A DNA stretch of 63,277 nucleotides from Candidatus Daviesbacteria bacterium (lineage in GTDB: Bacteria > Patescibacteriota > Microgenomatia > Daviesbacterales > UBA10151): the NCBI GenBank assembly GCA_016176405.1, contig JACOXG010000011.1, positions 1-63,277 of the forward strand, given 5' to 3'. The translations under genes and the position numbers were made by a program. Position 1 is the first letter of the stretch, and each line of letters begins with the position of its first letter. Below are positions 26,830 to 34,319 of the stretch, piece by piece. Below the pieces are notes generated by a model. That model had not been told where the DNA came from, ran no database searches, and worked only from the letters and a program-made list of their open reading frames with translations.

Positions 26830-27175
26830 GTCATCCTGAACGAAGTGAAGGATCTGATTAAGTGTTTAAATCATTCCAATATGGATTCATACTCATAATA
26901 AGGGAATTTTTCTTTTTTCTAGTCCACCCTTTAAGTCGTTTTTCTGCCGCAATAGCATCATTAACCTGACCAAATTCTTCATAGTATAAAAGTTTAGTGA
27001 TGTTATATTTTTTAGTAAAACCCTCAATTAATTTATTTTTATGTTCATAAATTCTTCTAGTTAGATTGTCAGTAATACCTATGTATATGACTTTATTATT
27101 AGGATTACTCATTATATAAACCCAATAGCTCATCTTTAGATATTATCAGATTCTTCGCTAATCGCTCAGAATGAC
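26830..27175 (-). mobile_element. GIY-YIG nuclease gene flanked by inverted copies of the GTCATCCTGAGCG..CGAAGGATC repeat (candidate autonomous unit)
   Basis: GTCATCCTGAACGAAGTGAAGGATC at 26830-26854. The reverse complement of 27149-27175 is GTCATTCTGAGCGATTAGCGAAGAATC. Confidence 0.45.
26858..27133 (-). CDS. GIY-YIG nuclease-domain protein (UPF0213/YhbQ-like)
   Basis: YWVYIMSN..VIYIGITDNLTRRIYEHK..E..K motifs. Confidence 0.88.
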   Translation of the reverse strand: MSYWVYIMSNPNNKVIYIGITDNLTRRIYEHKNKLIEGFTKKYNITKLLYYEEFGQVNDAIAAEKRLKGWTRKKKNSLIMSMNPYWNDLNT

Positions 27176-27258
27176 ATTCTTGATCTGTCCTTTTGTTGTC
27201 GGACAATATAACTCACTGCTTGACAGCTTGTCTTGTTTTGTTCTACTGTAAACTTATA

Positions 27259-28230
27259 GTGGAAGAAAAGCTTTTCTCCAAGAAAAACCTGATCACCTAT
27301 TTAGGTATGGCCATTTTAATTGTGGCCATTCCTCTGGCAGTCAGATTGGTCCAAACTCAACAACAATTTAAATCCCGGGCAGCCGGCGATGAGATTAAAT
27401 TTGTGGAATCTGAAACCTTAACTTGTGATGATCAGGGAGCTTGTACCACCTCATCCACCACCATTGCCATGGAGTTAACCTCACCTTTGGGTCCGCCAGG
27501 ATCAGTGACTCCTCCACCCCCACCACCTGGACCTCCGCCACCGCCTCCTCCACCAGAACCACCCCCACCACCTCCGCCCCCACCCCCACCAGCCGGGGAT
27601 TCTGCCTCTGTCACCGGTTCCCAAACAGCCATCACTGGCCAAGCAGTCACTTATACAGCCACTTTATCCGGAGCATATATCACCGGTGAAATTCATATAG
27701 CCAAAGGTGATGGATTATCTCCAGTACCAGGATGTTCCACTCCACCTCAAGACCAAGATAATAGTAAGGGAGAATATTGGTGCAGAATTGCCAGAGGAAG
27801 TGCCCCATCTTTTAGTGGGAATTTCACATTTACTGAGGCAGGTACATACAGAGTGGCTGTTAATGGGTATAAATTTGATATTAATACTACTGACTATGAT
27901 GCTACCAAAACTTGTTCTGGTAATCCTTTTGGTAGATATGATTCTGATCCCAATAAAGGTTGGGTTAGTTGTGGCCCAGAAGATGATTTAACTGTTACAG
28001 TCACCGGTTCCTCCATCACTGTTCCCACTGCCAGTCTGTCTGTTTCATCAACTTCTGTTACTCCTGGTCAAACAGTCAATGTGGCTGCCACTCTCGGTGG
28101 TACTGCTCAATATGGAGAATTATTTGTCACCAAAGGTGATGGAAAAACAGAATGGAATTGCCCAGCAGGCACAACTCGAGCCAGCGGCTGGCCAAATAGT
28201 AAAGGTGAATATTGGTGTAAATTAAACTAA
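27259..28230 (+). CDS. secreted/anchored repeat protein with 27-residue poly-proline linker
   Basis: N-terminal anchor conserved with the next gene (VRLVQTQQQFKSRAAG). Contains 1.5 copies of a NSKGEYWC..ATKTCSGNP..GWVSCGP module. GTG 27259 chosen by analogy with the paralog. Confidence 0.7.
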   Translation: MEEKLFSKKNLITYLGMAILIVAIPLAVRLVQTQQQFKSRAAGDEIKFVESETLTCDDQGACTTSSTTIAMELTSPLGPPGSVTPPPPPPGPPPPPPPPEPPPPPPPPPPPAGDSASVTGSQTAITGQAVTYTATLSGAYITGEIHIAKGDGLSPVPGCSTPPQDQDNSKGEYWCRIARGSAPSFSGNFTFTEAGTYRVAVNGYKFDINTTDYDATKTCSGNPFGRYDSDPNKGWVSCGPEDDLTVTVTGSSITVPTASLSVSSTSVTPGQTVNVAATLGGTAQYGELFVTKGDGKTEWNCPAGTTRASGWPNSKGEYWCKLN

Positions 28231-28234
28231 TAAT

Positions 28235-29224
28235 ATGAGTAACAAAATTTTAACCAAGAGAAATATTATTTTATATGTGGTTATAGCAATAATTTTGGTG
28301 GCAATCCCAGTTACCCTTAGGTTGGCGCAGACACAACAGCAACTTAAATCAAAAGCAGCAGGCGAAGGCATCACCATTAATGGTAGCTTTACCCCCCAAG
28401 AGGTAGGTACCTATATCGTGGCTGTTAATGCCTATGGTTATCCTCAAGGTTCTACTTATGATGCTACCAAAACCTGTTCTGGTAATCCTTTAAATAATTA
28501 TGATCCAGCTAACCGTGGTTGGGTAGATTGTGGACCTAATGATAATGTGACAGTAAATGTGGCTAACTTACCAGACCTAATTACTACCAACCTCAATGTT
28601 TTAGCCAATACTTCAGCAGGACTAGTAGTTGGTCTGGTCGCCAATCTGGAAGGAACCATTAAAAATCAGGGTACTGCCATGGCCTCCGCTGCCGCAGTCA
28701 GTTATAAAGTTGATAACCAACTTATTGCAGAGCAATCTACTCCTGAAATTGCTCCGAATTATGCCACCACCAAGTCTGCTGCTTGGACAGCCACCACTGC
28801 CGGTACACACACCTTTACCATTTGTGCTGATAGTAACAATGTGGTGACTGAATCTGATGAGATTAACAATTGTTCTAATCTAGAATTTACCGTGGAAGCC
28901 ACTGCTCCTCCCCCACCACCGCCTCCACCAGCCAATTCTATCAATGGTACAGCCTATTGGTTTTCCAGTGGTGGTTGGTGGGTGCCGGATAGTAATATCA
29001 CCGTTACTGTCTACATTGGCAGTACGGTGGTAGCTACAGGTATTTCGGGTACAGATGGAATCTATTCAGTCACCAATGTACCAGCTGGTACTTATACAGT
29101 CACAGGTGAAACAAATATCACTGGTCAATACTTAGGTGGTGGTTACTACAGTGATGTTAAAAATAATATTACTGTGACAGATGGTCAAGCCACCACCAAT
29201 GTGAACTTATACTTATTGCCATGA
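28235..29224 (+). CDS. secreted/anchored protein: module remainder + CARDB-like + carboxypeptidase-regulatory-like domain
   Basis: PDLITTNLNV..IKNQGTAMA..ESDEINN (CARDB pattern), poly-Pro linker, GTDGIYSVTNVPAGTYTV. Confidence 0.75.
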   Translation: MSNKILTKRNIILYVVIAIILVAIPVTLRLAQTQQQLKSKAAGEGITINGSFTPQEVGTYIVAVNAYGYPQGSTYDATKTCSGNPLNNYDPANRGWVDCGPNDNVTVNVANLPDLITTNLNVLANTSAGLVVGLVANLEGTIKNQGTAMASAAAVSYKVDNQLIAEQSTPEIAPNYATTKSAAWTATTAGTHTFTICADSNNVVTESDEINNCSNLEFTVEATAPPPPPPPPANSINGTAYWFSSGGWWVPDSNITVTVYIGSTVVATGISGTDGIYSVTNVPAGTYTVTGETNITGQYLGGGYYSDVKNNITVTDGQATTNVNLYLLP

Positions 29225-31422
29225 AAAAAATATTTTTAATTATATTTAGCTTGATAGTAATGTTTAGTTTTGTAAGTCCTGTAAATGCAGGACATGAATG
29301 TCCAAATGCTTTCAATTTCTGTGGTTCTGATGGTAATCTCTGGCAAGACAGATGTGACCCTTATGATCATGTTCAAATTCAGGATTGTGGTGGTAGAGGG
29401 TGTAGTAATGGACAATGTGTTGGATCTACAGCCCCCCCACCTCCCCCACCCCCTGGTGGAACCAGTACCTGTACCACCGGAGTTTGTAATACAGTTTCCT
29501 GTAGAAGTTTGGAACCTTCTGAAACAGGTACAGTGGGCGGAGATGTCTGTGATGCTAACCATATCTGGCAAGCAGATTGTTCTAAGACATGTAGTACCAA
29601 TGCTGAGTGTCCTCAGAATACAGATCAGCCTGATTATATCAATGCTTCTACCAGTGCTTGGTGTTATGAGTTTAAAGATGATGATGGTGATACTACCAAT
29701 AATAATCGTTGCCTACAATTAAGATTTGATGGATTTGGTAACCCCAGTTGTGGTGGAACTGGAGGTTCATGTACTCTAGGTAGGCAATCACCAACTGTGA
29801 CAGATGCTTGTGCCAGCTGTATAGTAGGTCAAAGATCTGATCTTAGAACATTTTATAATGATAATGGTCATAGTGCCTGCTCAAGTGTCCAAATAGTTAA
29901 TGATTGGTGCAACGGAGTAGATCCAAATAGTTGTAACAGTGTAAAGTCCGGTGCTTGTGCCTCTTCTTGCGGTGGGACTGGAACAAGACCTGCTTTATGT
30001 CAAAGTATGAGCATTAGTCAAAGTTCCATAAGTAGTGGGCAAACTGTCACTATTACCTCAACAGCCAATACTACTGTCTCTAAATTTATGTATGCATTTT
30101 ATAACAATGATCACCGTGATCCGTCAACCACTACCCCCCAACCTATCTATTACGAGGGATCTACCCACTATACTCCAACAGATACTAGAACAGCTACCTC
30201 TGATACTCAAACATTCAGTTATGAGGAACTAGCACGTCCTGATCATAATTTCTCTGATCAAGTTCCTTCAAGCATTCAGATTAATGGCTACTTTTTTGAT
30301 TCAGCTGGTAATCAATCAGCAGCAGATGCAAATTGTGTAGTACAGTTGGCAGTGGCCGCACCTGCCCCAAGTGCATCCATTGCTCCTACTGAACCCCCTC
30401 CCCCACCTGAGGGAACTGTGTGTTATTCTGTTGCCGAAAGCGAAGCAGCTTTGGCCACAGATTGTTCACAATCCAATGCTCTCTCTTACAATGAACATCC
30501 TAAACTAACTACCTATACCCTACAAGACCAAACTCCTGGGGTTAAAAGAATCTATGTCAGATTTATTGGAACCAAGGGGACTCTCAGTACTCATTTTAAA
30601 GACATCACTTATCAAATTCCAGCTCAAATCAGCAATCTGGTTTGTCATTATGGCACCACTGGTAGCAAGACCGAAGCCACCATCAAAGGTACTAATTTTG
30701 GGGCTCAAGGAACCAATTCCAAAGTCACCATTTCCGGCCAAAATGCCACCATCACCACTTGGGACGGCATAGATACCATTGTAGCTTCCATTAACAGTAA
30801 GCCAGAAGGACAATTAACAGTTGAGGTGACCACTAATGATGGTAGAACTGTTTCTTCAACCTGTACAGTTGGTTTAACCACAGTTTCCTTTAATGCCAAA
30901 AATCAGTGTAAGCAAACCGGTAAATTTGATGCCTCGGATGTGTCTGTGAAGATTTATGATCTAATTTCCAGCGTGACCAAGCCAATTGTTGATCAAAAGG
31001 TCAGTCTGGAAGCAAAAGAGGGAGCTGCTCAAGGATTTAATCCCCAGCTGGAGATTGGTAAGGATTATGCCATAAGTGTGGATGCTCCACAAACTCTGAC
31101 TGAGGTGGTTCAATTTAAGGCAGAAGAAGGCACCACGGTTTTACCAGATATTATCTTACCACCTGGTGATATTTCCGGTAGAGGGGCCACTGTTGGTGCA
31201 TCTGATGGAGTGATTAATTCTGTTGACTACTCTGAGATGGTCAGACAATGGAATCTGGTCCAGGATGTGACCAGAACTGGTGATCTTAATGCAGATAAAA
31301 GAGTTAACAGTGTGGATTATTCCTGTATGGTTTTAAATTTCAATGATTCGGATGAGAAAATACCAGAAGCTACTTCTTCTGCTCAGCTAACATCAAGTGA
31401 CAATTCTAGCAGTTTGTTCTAA
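29221..31422 (+). CDS. large Cys-rich secreted protein with IPT/TIG-like domain and C-terminal dockerin-like repeats
   Basis: Signal peptide, many Cys, EATIKGTNFG..VTISGQNATITTW (IPT/TIG pattern), GDLNADKRVNSVDYSCMV calcium-loop repeat. Confidence 0.75.
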   Translation: MKKIFLIIFSLIVMFSFVSPVNAGHECPNAFNFCGSDGNLWQDRCDPYDHVQIQDCGGRGCSNGQCVGSTAPPPPPPPGGTSTCTTGVCNTVSCRSLEPSETGTVGGDVCDANHIWQADCSKTCSTNAECPQNTDQPDYINASTSAWCYEFKDDDGDTTNNNRCLQLRFDGFGNPSCGGTGGSCTLGRQSPTVTDACASCIVGQRSDLRTFYNDNGHSACSSVQIVNDWCNGVDPNSCNSVKSGACASSCGGTGTRPALCQSMSISQSSISSGQTVTITSTANTTVSKFMYAFYNNDHRDPSTTTPQPIYYEGSTHYTPTDTRTATSDTQTFSYEELARPDHNFSDQVPSSIQINGYFFDSAGNQSAADANCVVQLAVAAPAPSASIAPTEPPPPPEGTVCYSVAESEAALATDCSQSNALSYNEHPKLTTYTLQDQTPGVKRIYVRFIGTKGTLSTHFKDITYQIPAQISNLVCHYGTTGSKTEATIKGTNFGAQGTNSKVTISGQNATITTWDGIDTIVASINSKPEGQLTVEVTTNDGRTVSSTCTVGLTTVSFNAKNQCKQTGKFDASDVSVKIYDLISSVTKPIVDQKVSLEAKEGAAQGFNPQLEIGKDYAISVDAPQTLTEVVQFKAEEGTTVLPDIILPPGDISGRGATVGASDGVINSVDYSEMVRQWNLVQDVTRTGDLNADKRVNSVDYSCMVLNFNDSDEKIPEATSSAQLTSSDNSSSLF

Positions 31423-31435
31423 TATTAAAATATAC

Positions 31436-32032
31436 ATGGAAGACCAACTTGCCCAATTTAAAAGTACCAAAATAACTCGCGGCAGATTAATTCTGATAAT
31501 TTTGGCTCTGATTATTTTAGGTGAAGTGATTTGGGCTGTTTTAACACTCAAGCCTTCCTCAAATATTCCCTCTGCAGTGCAACAGCAAACTGCCACCTCT
31601 GTTTCCCTAAATTCTGAGAAGGCTACAGTTAAAGTTGGTGAACAAATCAATACTACCATTAATTTGTCATCTGATATTAAAACAGATGGGGTAGATTTGA
31701 TTATTAAGTTTGATCCTAATTTGTTGGCTGTAAGTGAGGCCACAGCTGGTGCTGGTCCGGTTAAAGTTGGCTCTATTTATTCAGCCTATCCCCAGAATTT
31801 GCTGGAGAGCCCTGGTCGAATCGTCATTTCTGGTATTACTAATCAACCTGGGGGTATTTTAGCAAATGGGGTTTTTGGCACCATCACTTTCAAAGCTAAA
31901 AAGGTAGGGGTGACTGATATTTCTTTTGAATTTACCCCCTCCACCACCACGGATTCTAATATAATTGAATCAGGGACTGGCAAGGATGTTTTGGAAAAAG
32001 TTAATAATTTACAGCTAAATATAACCCCATGA
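31436..32032 (+). CDS. membrane-anchored cohesin-like domain protein
   Basis: N-terminal TM. VKVGEQINTTINLSSD..GVDLIIKFDPNLLAV..GVFGTITFKAKKVG follows the cohesin pattern. ATG 31436 preferred. Confidence 0.68.
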   Translation: MEDQLAQFKSTKITRGRLILIILALIILGEVIWAVLTLKPSSNIPSAVQQQTATSVSLNSEKATVKVGEQINTTINLSSDIKTDGVDLIIKFDPNLLAVSEATAGAGPVKVGSIYSAYPQNLLESPGRIVISGITNQPGGILANGVFGTITFKAKKVGVTDISFEFTPSTTTDSNIIESGTGKDVLEKVNNLQLNITP

Positions 32033-32727
32033 AACAGATAATAGTTATAATTATTATAATATTTATAACGGTTATACTAACCCCGGCTGCCTTTGCTCAG
32101 CAAGCCACCTTAGTCCTCTCCCCTGCTTCAGGCACTTTTAATAAGGGCTGTAATTTTTCTTTGAATATAGATTTAAATACTGGTGGAGCCCAAACAGACG
32201 GCACAGATGCCATAATTTTGTATGATACCTCTCGCTTTACTGCTACCTCCATCCAATCAGGCACCATTTATCCGGATTATCCTGGTAATAATATTGATGA
32301 GGCTAATGGTAGAATCACTGTTTCCGGTTTAGCCTCTGTTTCCACTCCTTTTACTGGTCAGGGTACTTTGGCTACCCTTAATTTTACGGTCAAGGATACT
32401 GCTCCCACCGGAGCAGTTCAAGTTCGGTTTGATTTTGATCCCAATGATAAAGCCAAAACCACTGACTCAAATGTAGTTCAAAGAGGCACAGTGGCTGATA
32501 TTTTAAGTTCAGTGACTAATGGTAATTACACCATTGGCAGCGGAGCTTGTGGTGGTCAAGGTCAGACTGGCTTAACTCCGCCACCACCAGGTGGCACCCC
32601 TTCTGCCTCTTTGCAGCCCAAGCCCACTCCTCTGCCCCCTGCCGGAACTGAAACATTCACCTTTACTTTAGCCATTGTGGGCTCAATATTGACTATATTG
32701 GGTATACTGGGATTAGCACTTTTGTAA
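32029..32727 (+). CDS. secreted cohesin-like domain protein with Pro-rich stalk and C-terminal TM anchor
   Basis: Signal peptide, FNKGCNFSLNIDLNTGG..GTDAIILYD..GTLATLNFTVKD, C-terminal FTFTLAIVGSILTILGILGLALL. Confidence 0.72.
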   Translation: MKQIIVIIIIIFITVILTPAAFAQQATLVLSPASGTFNKGCNFSLNIDLNTGGAQTDGTDAIILYDTSRFTATSIQSGTIYPDYPGNNIDEANGRITVSGLASVSTPFTGQGTLATLNFTVKDTAPTGAVQVRFDFDPNDKAKTTDSNVVQRGTVADILSSVTNGNYTIGSGACGGQGQTGLTPPPPGGTPSASLQPKPTPLPPAGTETFTFTLAIVGSILTILGILGLALL

Positions 32728-32730
32728 TCC

Positions 32731-33648
32731 ATGACCATCTCTGCCCTAATCACTGACTTTTTGGAATATCTGGAGCTGGAGAGAAATACCTCACAGCTAA
32801 CCATTAAAAATTATGATCATTATTTAAAAAGATTCTTAGAGTTTGCGGGAGATTTAGATCCCAAAGATATTGATTTAAACTTAATTAAAAAATATCGATT
32901 ATATTTGGCCCGCTACTCTGACCCAAAAACCAAAAGGCCCTTAAAAAGGATCACTCAGAATTATTTTATGATCGCTTTACGAGCTTTTTTAAGATATCTG
33001 GCCAGAGTAGATATTAAAACCCTTTCTCCTGAGAGGGTAGAACTGGGAGAGAGTGAGCCCAGGCCACTGAAAATATTGGATGAAACTCAGCTTAAATCTC
33101 TTTTGGATGCACCGGACACTTCTAAAAAGGATGGTTTAAGAGATAGAGCTATTTTAGAGACACTTTTTTCCACAGGGCTTCGGGTATCTGAATTGGCTTC
33201 GCTAAATTGCGATCAGATTAATTTAAGTAGAGGTGAGTTTGGGGTGGTGGGAAAAGGTGGCAAAGAGCGGGTGGTTTTTTTATCTGATTCCTCCAGAGAG
33301 TGGATCCAAAAATATTTACAAATGAGAAAAGATTTTTTTAAACCATTATTTATTAGGTTTCAAGGTAGAGTAGATCCTTCTAATAACGGAGAGAGTATGA
33401 GGTTGACTACTCGTTCTATTGAGAGAATTATTGAAAAGTATGTTAAAGCACTGGGATTACCTGTTAAGGCAACACCTCATACTTTAAGACATAGCTTTGC
33501 CACTGATTTATTAATCAATGGAGCAGATATTAGAAGCGTCCAAGAAATGTTAGGACATAGTAATATCTCCACCACCCAAATCTATACTCACGTCACCAAC
33601 GCCCACCTAAAAGACGTACACAAATCATTCCACAGTGGAAATAAATAG
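32731..33648 (+). CDS. tyrosine recombinase XerC/XerD family
   Basis: R..HTLRHSFAT..GHSNISTTQIYTHV catalytic signature. Confidence 0.9.
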   Translation: MTISALITDFLEYLELERNTSQLTIKNYDHYLKRFLEFAGDLDPKDIDLNLIKKYRLYLARYSDPKTKRPLKRITQNYFMIALRAFLRYLARVDIKTLSPERVELGESEPRPLKILDETQLKSLLDAPDTSKKDGLRDRAILETLFSTGLRVSELASLNCDQINLSRGEFGVVGKGGKERVVFLSDSSREWIQKYLQMRKDFFKPLFIRFQGRVDPSNNGESMRLTTRSIERIIEKYVKALGLPVKATPHTLRHSFATDLLINGADIRSVQEMLGHSNISTTQIYTHVTNAHLKDVHKSFHSGNK

Positions 33649-33684
33649 ATTTACACACCTGGTGTAATAGCTTTACACCTAAGG

Positions 33685-34044
33685 TCACTTGGTCAGTTTA
33701 CCAACATCTTTTAGCACTGATGATAAAACTGTTGAGACTACCGATAAAACTATGGCTCCAAGTATAGCTGGCATCAATCCATCAATCATCAGTCCTTGAG
33801 GAACTATTGCTGAAACTAATAATAAGACCACGGCATTGATGACAAAAGCAAAAAGACCCAAGGTGACGATTGAGATTGGTGCCGTGACAAAGCTTAAGAT
33901 AGGTTTAATGAAAGTATTGACTACCCCAAGCACAATTGCCACCAGAATTAAGGAGGCTGGATCCCCTACATTAAATCCGGGGACAACTTGAGCTGTTATC
34001 CAAAGAGCCACCGCATTTAAAAATAAAGCTACTAAAAGCTGCAT
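33685..34044 (-). CDS. phage-holin-4_2/YvlD-like membrane protein
   Basis: LNAVALWITAQVVPGF.. and four TM helices; recalled family pattern. Confidence 0.65.
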   Translation of the reverse strand: MQLLVALFLNAVALWITAQVVPGFNVGDPASLILVAIVLGVVNTFIKPILSFVTAPISIVTLGLFAFVINAVVLLLVSAIVPQGLMIDGLMPAILGAIVLSVVSTVLSSVLKDVGKLTK

Positions 34045-34109
34045 TATTTAATCACCTCCCTTTTTAATAGATAATTTAATAGTGGAATAAATTTTAGAAG
34101 TTGTCAATA

Positions 34110-34319
34110 TCAGATGGGTTTTCCAAGAAGTCCATAGATGGATAGATCACGCAGAAATCCAATAGCTTGATATGGCCAAGTTAAAATTACGGAATAAAAT
34201 TGTGGTGATAAGAAAGAAAGAAAAGGCCACCTGTAATAGATGGCAAAGATAATGGCAAAAATAAAGCCAAACATAAAATAGAATATGGCAATGGTTGATA
34301 AAAGCTTTTCTTTAGACAT
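34110..34319 (-). CDS. small membrane protein
   Basis: 69 aa, two hydrophobic helices, abuts the gyrA stop. Confidence 0.45.
   Translation of the reverse strand: MSKEKLLSTIAIFYFMFGFIFAIIFAIYYRWPFLSFLSPQFYSVILTWPYQAIGFLRDLSIYGLLGKPI

Noticed and set aside
27395-27689. Poly-Gly and mixed ORFs (27395-27589 -, 27432-27650 -, 27441-27689 +) over the proline tract
   Set aside because: These are antisense or off-frame readings of the CCN-rich linker inside the 27259-28230 gene. The same logic applies to 28622-28944 and to the ORFs from 29236 to 29722.
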